The notes: generated from the letters alone by a model not told the origin. Numbered from the whole stretch's first letter, positions 48,510 through 59,205 are shown. The stretch: DNA of 63,663 bases, filler included, from Klebsormidium nitens (GCA_000708835.1; 7 parts of 7 records of this genome joined end to end with filler, not necessarily neighbours in it), one strand, 5' to 3'. Program-made: numbers and translations.

Positions 48510-49690
48510 TCAGTCCAGCTCCTTGTTCGGAAAGGATCCAAAGTCAGCGTTCCACTTCTCGAGAGCGTTCAGGCTCTCTCTCTTGACGCTGGGTTTGATG
48601 ACATCCTTTGCCTTTTCGAAGTGTTCGAACTTGACCGGTTTTATTCTCTCTACCGGGACATCGAGGATCCCTGCCCCGAGGGCACGGAGCGGCATCATCG
48701 CTGCTTCTTTGCACAGTGAATTCAGATCGGACGCGGAGTAGCATTTCGTGAGGGCGGCGATGCCGTGCACTTGATTGACACTCAGCTCGTTCGGTAGTTT
48801 ACGTGATCTAGGATTCGGAATGTTTGGCTGCAGATGCTTCTCCAGTAACTTCTGTCTGGTCGTGAGATCTGGTAAGCCGACGTAGATCCTCTTCTCGAAC
48901 CGTCGCACAGCTGCGTCGTCCAGCTCCTGCGGCAGGTTCGTAGCCGCTATGACGGTGACCCTGTCGCTCTTGTCGGTCGCCACCCCGTCGAATTGGACGA
49001 AGAACTCGGTCTTCAGCTTGCGGGTATACTCCTGGTCGTTCTCGCACCTCTTCGTGAGGATGCTGTCTATCTCGTCTATGAATATGAGAGAAGGTTGTTT
49101 CTTCCGAGCCACCGTAAACAGAGCTCGAAGGAGATTCTCCGCATCGCCTACCCGGGAGGACGCGAACGAGGTCGCACTTATGGAGAAGAAGGTCGCCTTG
49201 ACTTCGTTCGCGACGGCGCGTGCGATGTACGTCTTTCCGTTGCCAGGGGGACCGAACAGGAGCAGACCCCTCGGGGGAGTCCTGAGCCCGGTGTAGATGT
49301 CGCTCCGAACGGATGGCAGTATGACCATCTCGGTGAGAGCGATCTTGACTTGCTTCATACCTCCGATATCCTTGAACGTGGTATCATCTCTCGCTTGCAT
49401 GATCTCTCCTGTGATCTGCTCTTCGAAGCGTACGAGGTTGCCCTTGGGAGTCGGATCGGATCGTCTCAATATCTTCTTCAGATATGCCTTCCACCTCTTC
49501 ATATCTTCGACCTTCGAGTGCACTTGACTCATCTGAATTGCTGTCAATGCAGAGGCGTGCAACAATCCTTCGTCTACGAGAGTCGATACGTGTTCGTAGT
49601 ATGTTTGCGCCGTGGCTTCATCGCCTCTCCGATCGTGACCTATGCCTTTATTATAGAGGTACTCTGCCGCTTCGTACAGTTTGTACAATC
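48510..49690 (-). CDS. Spastin-like MIT + AAA ATPase, intronless; 5' end in gap
   Basis: An MIT-like region (AEYLYNKGIGHDRRGDEATAQTYYEH), Walker A TGLRTPPRGLLLFGPPGNGKT, Walker B IFIDEIDS, KLKTEFFVQFDG, AATNLPQELDDAAVRRFEKRIYV and the C-terminus IKPSV...LEKWNADFGS. Confidence 0.9.
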
Positions 49691-50344
49691 NNNNNNNNNN
49701 NNNNNNNNNNNNNNNNNNNNNNNNNNNNNNNNNNNNNNNNNNNNNNNNNNNNNNNNNNNNNNNNNNNNNNNNNNNNNNNNNNNNNNNNNNNNNNNNNNNN
49801 NNNNNNNNNNNNNNNNNNNNNNNNNNNNNNNNNNNNNNNNNNNNNNNNNNNNNNNNNNNNNNNNNNNNNNNNNNNNNNNNNNNNNNNNNNNNNNNNNNNN
49901 NNNNNNNNNNNNNNNNNNNNNNNNNNNNNNNNNNNNNNNNNNNNNNNNNNNNNNNNNNNNNNNNNNNNNNNNNNNNNNNNNNNNNNNNNNNNNNNNNNNN
50001 NNNNNNNNNNNNNNNNNNNNNNNNNNNNNNNNNNNNNNNNNNNNNNNNNNNNNNNNNNNNNNNNNNNNNNNNNNNNNNNNNNNNNNNNNNNNNNNNNNNN
50101 NNNNNNNNNNNNNNNNNNNNNNNNNNNNNNNNNNNNNNNNNNNNNNNNNNNNNNNNNNNNNNNNNNNNNNNNNNNNNNNNNNNNNNNNNNNNNNNNNNNN
50201 NNNNNNNNNNNNNNNNNNNNNNNNNNNNNNNNNNNNNNNNNNNNNNNNNNNNNNNNNNNNNNNNNNNNNNNNNNNNNNNNNNNNNNTAGGGCCTGGACAT
50301 CCTTTAGACTCCGCAAGCCAAAAAATCAGAGCTTAAATTACACC

Positions 50345-51607
50345 ATGTCTCTTCGAGAATGGAGAGATTCTGCGCTCATGACGGCACCGAGATTCCAAAG
50401 CGATGACGGCTGGTATCCCATACTCGATACCAGCCCCATCAATCGTTCGAGGAATCCCAGACTCGCCGATGCATCTGACAGATGGATGAAGCAAAAACAA
50501 TTCTTGGAGACAGAGTACTCCGACGATCTAGAGTCGTTCAAGCGGAACGTGAGAGGCCTTTCGCCGGACGAGAGACTACGCCTGAGGCGAACGCTGAGGG
50601 CTCACGACAGAACGTGCCAAAAAGATTTCGGAAGGGTGAGTCGTTACTATCCCCCTCTCTTATCCCTGAGCGCCCGTGACAGGAGTGCCTTGATCAAGGA
50701 TCTCGCGAGCGATCGGCCACGTCATCGCTTCGATAGAGCACATTGCGGAGATCATTCGCCGTGGGCAGGCACCGGCTACAAAGTCAGAGGGAATCCGGGG
50801 CAGGAAATTCCGGCCAAGCACGACGAAAGATCGGTGAACATGCTCATGCCGCAGGAACCGAGGGAGCAGATGGAGTGGTTGACGAGAAGGAATGCGAAAA
50901 ATTTCGCTTGTAAGCGGCTGTACGGCGATGGTCGCGTGTACGACAGAGGGGATAAGAGAAAAGTTCCAGACAAGAAGGAGCATCTGCAGCGAGATTGGGG
51001 TGACGACGAATTCTACGTAGAATCATGCTTGTTGCGAGATGACCAAAAGAGCCGAACGGTCAGGACGGCTCAACTCCGGGACAACATGTTGCACGGCGTA
51101 GATCCAGCGAGGCAACAACAGCTCAGAGATTTACGAAATGTTGCATCGAGGTTGACTGGAGTCAGACGGGAAAGGAGGGGGAAAGCAGTCCTCGATCCAC
51201 GTTATGTCGACACCTTCAGACGGGAGGCAGAACGAAAATATCTGCAAAAGTTGATGTGGCGACTTGCAAAAGTGCCAGTAGGCGATGTGCCCGCATACCG
51301 TCGATTAGAGAACAGGGATTACCAAGACTTAAAGCCGTTGCAAGAGCACGGCTTCCGACTCGAAGAGTATAAATTCATGCATGATAGGGGGGGTAATCAC
51401 AAAGATTACTTTAGAGGTCCGAGTCCACCCACATCGCAGAGCGGAGGCTCTTCGCGAACCAGCTCTGGCTCGACGGTGACGACTAAATCGAGCTCATCAT
51501 CTTCGAAAGCATCGACGAGTTCGACAACTGGACCTAGAAGCAGGCATGCAGCGTGGATAGGACCATTGTTCGAAGCACATTGTGGCGGCGAAACGATACT
51601 GTTTTAA
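50345..51607 (+). CDS. Hypothetical protein, 420 aa, Arg/Asp-rich with a Ser/Thr tail; ORFan
   Basis: A long uninterrupted ATG-initiated ORF diverging from the AAA gene. No motif was recognised. Confidence 0.7.
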   Translation: MSLREWRDSALMTAPRFQSDDGWYPILDTSPINRSRNPRLADASDRWMKQKQFLETEYSDDLESFKRNVRGLSPDERLRLRRTLRAHDRTCQKDFGRVSRYYPPLLSLSARDRSALIKDLASDRPRHRFDRAHCGDHSPWAGTGYKVRGNPGQEIPAKHDERSVNMLMPQEPREQMEWLTRRNAKNFACKRLYGDGRVYDRGDKRKVPDKKEHLQRDWGDDEFYVESCLLRDDQKSRTVRTAQLRDNMLHGVDPARQQQLRDLRNVASRLTGVRRERRGKAVLDPRYVDTFRREAERKYLQKLMWRLAKVPVGDVPAYRRLENRDYQDLKPLQEHGFRLEEYKFMHDRGGNHKDYFRGPSPPTSQSGGSSRTSSGSTVTTKSSSSSSKASTSSTTGPRSRHAAWIGPLFEAHCGGETILF

Positions 51608-51687
51608 AGGGAAGCCTCCTCCAGATTATCTACACACAAACATTCAGCCTAGTGTGATTATGGATCTCAGAATAGTCCGTATATTTA

Positions 51688-51714
51688 CAGTCTGTCCAGA
51701 GTAAAATGGCACAC
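51688..51714 (+). mobile_element. Left end (TIR) of the IS630/Tc1 element
   Basis: TA-CAGTCTGTCCAGAGTAAAATGGCACAC lies 30 bp before the transposase ATG and recurs at 52860. Confidence 0.75.
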
Positions 51715-51744
51715 CTATTTTTATCCGGAGTATACTAGGACGAG

Positions 51745-52662
51745 ATGACCTACGTTCTTAGTATCCGACAAGCTGTCCTCCGCCTACTCTCGTCCACGGG
51801 CATGAGCATGAGACGAGTGGCTTCTGCATTTGGGATCGGTGCAAGCACAGTGAGCCGTTGGGCGAGGTGTGGCATCGCCATCAAGAAGAGGACTTACTCT
51901 ACCAAGATCAGCTCGGACATAGTTAAGACTATCAAAAGCATCCTCATGCACGACCCATGTTTGGGATTGCGATGCCTGTGTTCGAGGATCTTTGGTGCGT
52001 TCGGAGTTCGCATCTCCAAGTCGTTGGCAGTCACTGCTATCAAGAAAGCAGGATATACGCGCAAGAAGGCACGATTGCAATTCGTACCTAAAAGTCAAGA
52101 GGTCCTGACATCCTTGCGAAGCGAATTCACCACGAAAGCAAAGTCGTACGCCAATAGACATATCGTCTTCGTGGATGAATCCGGATTCTCTGTCCGGAAT
52201 GCATCCCCCATGTTTGGTTATGCACCCAAGGGAATACCACTCCGTGTCTCCTCCAGTCCTCCAAGTGGAAAATCCGTAACACTCGTCGCTGCAATCTCGA
52301 ACTCCGAGTATCGAGCTTGCATGACACAGACGGGGCCGATGAACTCACAGAATTTTGCAACATTTCTATCGACCGCAGGGATTCCTACCGGGAGTGTCAT
52401 CGCCATGGACAATGCTGCGATCCATAGGACTAAGCAAGTGCGTGATGCAATCGCAAAACTGGGCTGCGAAGCCCTCTTCATCCCTCCATATTCACCAGAT
52501 TTCAATGCGATCGAGAACATCTTCGGCATCATGAAGGTCGGAACGTGGAAGAATCGTGCATCGATGACAGAGAGAAGCGTCCGGACTGCGTTCCTCGATC
52601 TGGATATCGATGTGTTGCAGAGAACCAGCCAGCGCTGCTTGAGAACTTTCTGGAGATTCTAA
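51745..52662 (+). CDS. IS630/Tc1-mariner DD34E transposase, intact, 305 aa
   Basis: An N-terminal HTH (MSMRRVASAFGIGASTVSRW), GYTRKK, VFVDESGF, IAMDNAAIH and PPYSPDFNAIE, with 34 residues between the second D and the E. Confidence 0.95.
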   Translation: MTYVLSIRQAVLRLLSSTGMSMRRVASAFGIGASTVSRWARCGIAIKKRTYSTKISSDIVKTIKSILMHDPCLGLRCLCSRIFGAFGVRISKSLAVTAIKKAGYTRKKARLQFVPKSQEVLTSLRSEFTTKAKSYANRHIVFVDESGFSVRNASPMFGYAPKGIPLRVSSSPPSGKSVTLVAAISNSEYRACMTQTGPMNSQNFATFLSTAGIPTGSVIAMDNAAIHRTKQVRDAIAKLGCEALFIPPYSPDFNAIENIFGIMKVGTWKNRASMTERSVRTAFLDLDIDVLQRTSQRCLRTFWRF

Positions 52663-52859
52663 CTCGAGAGAATGTATCCATCATCGGACGCTGGCATCCG
52701 AGAATCCAGCTCCAGAGGTTTCTAGATCGCCACGTGGTGACCACAGACGTCCGAACTCCGAGAGCTTCAAGCTTCGGATCGCCACATTGCAAAGTCAGGC
52801 GTCCGAAACGACTTCAGCCCGAAAGTTTCTTCGCTTCGGACGACCTCTCTCTGAGTATA

Positions 52860-52886
52860 CAGTCTGTTCAGAGTAAAATGGCACAC
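52860..52886 (+). mobile_element. Second copy of the same TIR in direct orientation
   Basis: TA-CAGTCTGTTCAGAGTAAAATGGCACAC, 1 mismatch to 51688-51714. Confidence 0.8.
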
Positions 52887-53145
52887 TCGCCATAGTACTC
52901 AGCCGTATCTCGGGTTCTCACCGAGGTGCCTAGATGAACTCGTTTCTAAGCACATGCTATGTTTTATCACCTCGAACTAAGGTCCTAGAGGCAGAGTCCT
53001 TACGCGCATCGACCTCGGGAACCGGATTATTCGACGGTTCTCCTTNNNNNNNNNNNNNNNNNNNNNNNNNNNNNNNNNNNNNNNNNNNNTTAATTAATTA
53101 ANNNNNNNNNNNNNNNNNNNNNNNNNNNNNNNNNNNNNNNNNNNN

Positions 53146-55030
53146 CATATTCCACAACGTTCTTATATAAGTGCCTGGCTTGAATCTTGTCCCGACCGGA
53201 TTTCTTCTTGAGTTCCGCGGTATTAAATTTGTCGTCGGTACCGGGTTCAGTCATACACCATAGCCTTTTCCCCTTGCCCTTTGCAACCTCAGAATTAGCG
53301 GCACTGCTACTCTTCTTGCTACCGATGAAAATGCTGACATCTGGTTGGTAATAATAATCGCCCAGGCAGGCATCATATAACTTGTCCATAATACCTTTTC
53401 CGTTGCCTCCTTTTCCGACCCAGAAATGGATGATCTCCTCGGTCTTAGACCCGTGGAGGATATAAGCACCAAATTGCATCATATATTTGACCATTTCGTC
53501 TGTTTGGTAGATGCTCTTGTTCAAATCTTCAAGGATCGTGCGCATTTGGGGGTCAGATTCGGGAGTGTACTTATAACCAGTGCTGAAGGTTAAGAAGTCG
53601 TTAGGTCTGCCAGCCCTGAATTCCATGGCGTCAAGATCGTAAACCCCGTTCTCAAACCCAAGAAGATGCGGGAACTCGTCCAGTTTGTTCGTGAATTGCT
53701 TGTCGGACATATAGAAGATGTCCGCACACTCCTTCATGATTGCACTCTTGAACGTGTTATTTTTAAGTCGGCGTCCAGTTTTCTTGAACACCGAGCTGCT
53801 GTCGTCCTTGTCATCATCATCATCTGACTCCTCCACGTCAGCCTGTGCCTTCTTGCTGCACTCCTTGGACATCGTAATGTACGCTTTGTACACGTCCGTA
53901 CTGAGTTTGTTGCGGAGGTCAACACCACCGACGCACTCTTCCCAACGATGCCCGCCGAACTTGTACCATGTAGTGTTGTTTTTCTGGTCTTTGGTACTAA
54001 CATAGTCAAACTTGTACATGGAGTACACAACCTGCGCAACGTCATAATGGCTGCCAGATAGTGACGTCATCAGAGCGGTTTGTAGGCTGGTCTCGTTGTA
54101 CTTCTTGTACGCGTCAGGACTGTCCAACTTAGCCCAATAGTGCAGACTGCGGATGGTGTTGTTCGGTTTGAAGTCGTACCACAACTTTTCACATTCGCCA
54201 GACTTGTACTTCGATGAGAGTTGGCTGAATGTATCCCAGACTGGCAACAAACTTTCGTCGATGCTGTGCAGGCTTGAACCGAGTGCAATCCAGTCAGAGC
54301 GGTTGTCCGCACGTGAGGGAGAAAGCATAGCCACAAGCTGTTGTACCTCGCCAAGAAGTACTATGTTACACTTGGGCTTGGTTTCACAAACAACCTTGAC
54401 TTCAGCCTTGGCACTTACACGCGCGGCATATTCGGCAACCTCCGCCTTTTTCTCCTCGAGTACAGGCAGGGTAAGCGAAGAATACTTGTTTTGAATCGAA
54501 AGGCGGTCAGTCAGATCAGATAGTTCATCTTCACAGTCTTCTCTTTCGCCGTCCTCACCCCACAACTTGTACGAGCAAGTGTACGCAGGACCTGTACCAT
54601 CTTTAGTGCTACCGTACAGAAGCAGTGGGTTCTTGTCGATAACCGCTTCGTCGTACATACTCTCGAAACTGTTGCGAAACGTGACGTCAGCAAAAATTTC
54701 GGCGATCGTGCCTGATTCCAACAGGTTGGTACGGATGATCTTCTGGACAGTTGGACACGTGACCAGATCGGGGAAGTGCAGGTGAAAACCGTCTTTATAC
54801 GGGTGACTCTTGTCCTTCCTCGGGGCAGGCTTCTCGAGCACGAAACACTCCAGGGCTTCCTCGTCAAATTTGACGTAATTAGAGGCTTCCTTGGTGACGG
54901 CGTCATACAATGCCTTGATGTGGTCGGCAGTGTAAATACGAGTAGCCGAGTCCTGCTTAAGATCGAAATCAATGAATATGGGGGACTGCTCCAAGTGCTT
55001 TTCAATTAACGACCACGAAGTCGTAATGGA
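53146..55030 (-). CDS. NCLDV-type D5-like primase-helicase (AEP + PriCT-2 + D5_N + SF3 helicase); 5' end truncated, 3' end in gap
   Basis: LIEKHLEQSPIFIDFD, KDGFHLHFP, LLYGSTK, RADNRSDWIALG...WDTFS...SLHYWAK, LLGFENGVYDL, HFWVGKGGNGKG and CMTEP. No introns over ~1.9 kb. Confidence 0.92.
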
Positions 55031-55225
55031 GTTGTAAGTTTTACAAGATTTGACTTCATCCTCATTCTCCTCACTTCATCCTGGCCCTGGGTGAATTCAC
55101 CCAAACTCATGATGAAAACTCTCATTTTCCTCATCTGTTTCATCATTCCGCTCATTCTCTGAGACTACGATGAGGGTTCGAATGAAGAGTCCCTTCATCC
55201 TCAACCTCATCCTCATCTTCATCCT

Positions 55226-55575
55226 CATCCTCATCCGCCGGGGGCCTTTACCCCCGCCTTCATGTTCCTCCTCCGCCTCATTCTGCTCACCGAGGAGAAT
55301 GAGGATGAGGATGCCAGGTGCGTATGAAAAACGTATGCATTCATGCTTCACACTCATCCTCATCCGCCGGGGGTCTCTACCCCCGTCTTCATCTTCCTCC
55401 TCCGCCTCATTCCGCTCACCGAGGAGAATGAGGATGAGGATGCCAGGTGCGTATGAAGAACGTATGCATTCATGCTTCACACTTATGCCCGGCGGCCGGG
55501 GGCCTCTCCCCCCGCCTTCATCTTCCTCATCCGCCTCATCCCGCTCATCGAGGAGAATGATAATGAGGATGAGAG
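55226..55575. repeat. 129-bp minisatellite (~2.7 copies) with internal inverted repeats
   Basis: Units start at 55226, 55355 and 55484. Each has CCTCATT...AATGAGG and GGATGAGGATG...CATCCTCATCC stems. Confidence 0.85.
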
Positions 55576-55811
55576 AAACTTACAAACATATACCGGGCTC
55601 CATTCTCGCGTTGAACTGGCCAGGTTTCGATTCATCATGTCAATTTGTTGCAACTTTTAGTTTACCCGGCTTCATCGTCTCTTTGCAAAGACAGAACAGT
55701 GATGTCTATCTTGCCTTTTAGCTTATTGACTCTCAACTTAGTATTGCTTTCGAAAGACGGAATGTTGAAGTCTGTTCTGCTGTAAGTCTCGAAGCTGTGC
55801 TCGGATGAGGA

Positions 55812-58800
55812 CTACTTCGCGTCGCCCTTCCCGCCCGCTGCGCCTTCCCCGGGCGTCTCCTCAGCGGCCCCGGGCTGCTCGACCGGTTGTGTGTCGCCCC
55901 CCCACTGCGAGGGCTCTTCGCCGAAGGGTTCCATCTCGCCCCCCTGCCCCAAGGGCTCCTCTTCGTCCCGCTCAGTGTCGCTCTTTTCACGTTTCCCGTC
56001 GGTCGGAATAGCAATCGACAGCCCTTGGTCTTCTGCCGGTGAAGTGCTGGTGCTCTACAACAACAACCAGGAAGCAGACGATGAGGGAAACAGGGACGTA
56101 GCCTGGTAACGTCCGACAGTAAAGCACAATGCAATTGATACTGCAGATCGTATAGTTCTTTCCATCCTTCGCAAAATTACATTACCCTTCAAGGGTCTCG
56201 GTTCACAAGCGAAGTTCTACTCACTGGCAGTCGCGAGGGAAAGCCGAGCTCCTCTGGAGTCTTTGGCATCCAGCTGACGGGGTTGAAAGAAGCCGACTTC
56301 TGGACCTCTAGCTTCGAGAGAGCGGGGAGTTTCATCTGCAGAGATTGTAGATACGACTGAAGAATTCTATGATGCAGGAGGCACATCTGAGACGTGGCAG
56401 ATTTGCGCATGTGACTTGCATGTTCTTTGAAGAATCTGAACCACACCAAGGGCTATAACGGAGGCGCAAGTTCTTACCTGGCTTTCTGTAGCCGATTCTT
56501 CTTTTTCTTTTTTTCTGAGGGGTTCTTCGGCCTTTTCCAGGACCTTCAGAGCCTGTATGCAGAAAAGGATCGTGTTTCAACGGTTGAATTCCGGTTGTAA
56601 GGTACAGTTGTCTGCAGCTTGTCTCTGGTCCTTTGACGCTGATCAACGAAGAAGTTTACTATGCTGAGATATACAAACAGAGGTTTCGTTGCAGATCACC
56701 TCGTCGACGAAGTCCGGATTGATGTCTTCGAGCTCTCCCCAGGCTCGACCTTTCTTGGTAAATTTCGGCGCAGTCGCTTCAAGTACAGCCGCCCTCGCTT
56801 CATTTAGCAAACCTTCTGGCAGCTTCGTGTAGGGGAACTTGTAATTCATTGCTGCAAGCCAGCTGTTTTCGTTTCAGTACACCGGATGATTTGCTTCGTC
56901 ATAGACCAAGAAGTGAGCTGGGGATGCAAGTTGAGTGCTTTATATGTCGGTCATCTTTTGCTTGCAGCATCGGTCGACGAACTTTACCTTGGCATACATC
57001 GTCGTGGCACTTCTGGTAGTAGGACCCGTGCTGAAGGTCCACCACGATGTACACTGCGGGAAGAGTGTAAACGTTGGGTTTGTAGACTGGGAGAGAAACT
57101 AAGCGATTGTGCAAGTGACTACGAAGCATAAATTTGGCCTAAACAAAGGTACCACAAACCTGAAGTTTGGTTTTGGGGAGTTTCCTGAGGCTCACTGTTA
57201 TTTTGCGTGTGGTGTCGGTTTACGTTGGCGCAGAACTTCGTTCCCTTGAATGAGTAGGAAAGAAAGCCCTCGTTTACGATGATGCGTGAGGAAACGCGAG
57301 CCCCTGCGTGTCCAAAGAGTGTGGTTGAAACGAGAATTTGATCTGCGTTTCTTTCTTTTCAAGCTGTGTCGGACCATGTCAAGGAGGGAGGCGTCAGCGA
57401 CTGGAAGCATGCGAAGATGTTGATTCAGCGTGGTCTTTGCGTCGGACCTGTTGCCTTGTATCTTTCTCGAACCGCGGCCGTCAGGTGATCCTCCAGGCTT
57501 TTGATGAAGACCGTTCCCTTTTTGTTGTTTGATGGGGTAGGTTTTGTTGATGCTGCCGGTCCGTCTTCTGGTGAAGCGGCCTGCAAGGCAGCTCGCGTTG
57601 ACGGCCCTGGCACGACTTTCGGATGCATCATTCTAGTTGCAGGCTTGGAATGGAAACCAGCACCAATTTCAGCTGATTCTTTCTAGTTACCGTACATGGA
57701 TTTCGGCATTACCTCACGCCGGTGTAGAGATGGAAGCGGCGTACTAGAGACGGACACCAGAGAGGCAAAAGACCAGGTGATCTGCTGCGTTATGTTCTGC
57801 AAGACAGGGCGAAGGAGAATGAAGTCAGTTTGATGAGTTGCTTTCAAAAGCTTCCATCGTTCTCTTTTTTCTGTTCGCTTAAGCCCGAGGTATCGTCAAG
57901 CTTTGTCTTTAGTAAGTTACGTGTTTTACCTGTTCCTTGAAGAGCCTGCACGTGGGAGTGAATGGGATGCCGGGACCCTGTTGCTTCGTGGAGAAGATCG
58001 TCCTTAGGTGTCGTGTTTTTGTATAGACGCCTTGGTCTATGATGAGGGTTTGCCCCAGCCCGGAGCCCTGATTGACGATGAGCGTCTTCGCAGCTTCGTC
58101 ACCTGATTCGGCCCGCCGATAAATCTCCGACGAGATCTGCCAAGGAGCGGTAGGTTGATGTTCATTCAGAGGTTTCACAGTGATTGCGCAGGCGAATGAG
58201 AGTGAACGGAATGAACCTTTGGGGTGGGCAAGTTGTATAGTCGAGGAAACGGTTTCTGGACTGCAATCTGAACTCACCTTCTCGACGAAGTACCTCATAT
58301 CTTCGTGAACATTTGCAAAGCACCTTCCGTATATGTGAATAATGAGGTGTCGGCTAAACTTTCCTGCATGAAATCAGTACGTGCACTTCAGTGTGACGCA
58401 GATACTGGTTCTAGCTGCCAGTGAAGCCATCTTGTTGCTAATGTCCGGAATGAAAAAGAGTGACGAATTGAGCGTTGGGACTGACAGATCTTTGCATTTG
58501 AATAGTTATTCGATGGTGTTATTTGAATGCTTACTTGCGTACGACGCATCAAGTTCGACTATCTTTTCTCTCCAGATTCCCGTTCCGAACGTCGACCTGC
58601 ACACGTCCTCGGTCACCGAGAGGAGCGTGTCCACAAGAGTGTCTGCCGAAAGTCCGGGATTGGGGCCCTTCAGATACTCCAGGTCAAAGAAGAGGTTGCA
58701 CCGGCGCCCCTGTTTGAGAAGAAAAGACTGAGCGAGATTGCATAAAGAGTACTGGCAGTGAAGAAGTCTTCAACACTGAGTGACATGCTCAATAGACGAA

Positions 58801-58882
58801 AAGCTGCAAAGTGCTTCAATCTGCTACAGACAGATTCTAGATAGGCTGGAGAGCTCACCGTACGGAAGATTTCGTAGGTGTG
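55812..58882 (-). CDS. PRIMPOL: Host PrimPol (DNA-directed primase/polymerase), spliced; 5' exons lost at or beyond the 59089 gap
   Basis: In-phase exons give HTYEIFRT|GRRCNLFFDLEY (motif I), KFSRHLII (motif II), IIDQGVYTKTRHLRTIFSTK (motif III) and the zinc finger FCANVNRHHTQN...VVDLQHGSYYQKCHDDVC. The C-terminal exons and stop are tentative. Confidence 0.9.
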
Positions 58883-59205
58883 CTGCCACTGAATCTTATT
58901 TGCAGCAAAATTGCGACAGGACACGTACTGTATGTTGTCAGCTTCTCATTATTGATAGATCTCTTTACCCTGTTTGTTCTGGCAGCAGAAGCAGCAGAAG
59001 ATGGGATACTGTGACGGTTGGACAGGGTTTACACGCTGCCTGTCTACTTCACATGTGCGGAAACCATGCGAAGCTTTTCAGCACGCCTTNNNNNNNNNNN
59101 NNNNNNNNNNNNNNNNNNNNNNNNNNNNNNNNNTTAATTAATTAANNNNNNNNNNNNNNNNNNNNNNNNNNNNNNNNNNNNNNNNNNNNAGTCGCATAGT
59201 CACTA

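Larger units (their letters stand above)
47636..55050. mobile_element. Endogenous viral element, probably from a nucleocytoplasmic large DNA virus
   Basis: Tightly packed intronless ORFs (23-bp and 86-bp intergenic gaps), two ORFans, an NCLDV-type D5 primase-helicase and an IS630-type transposase, set in an intron-rich host. Two internal gaps mean contiguity rests on scaffolding. Confidence 0.7.

Noticed and set aside
48993-51607. Long ORFs spanning the 49691-50286 N run (707 aa, 447 aa, 221 aa, 202 aa)
   Set aside because: These are artefacts of translating Ns. The real frames are the minus-strand AAA gene and the plus-strand ORF starting at 50345.
52663-53045. TnpB/Fanzor cargo downstream of the IS630 transposase
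   Set aside because: No long ORF, RuvC motifs or zinc ribbon is present in any frame of the visible sequence. Cargo inside the gap cannot be excluded.
47636-55050. Bacterial or prophage origin for the intronless block
   Set aside because: It encodes a eukaryote-type spastin and an NCLDV-type D5, with no recognisable bacterial or phage structural genes.
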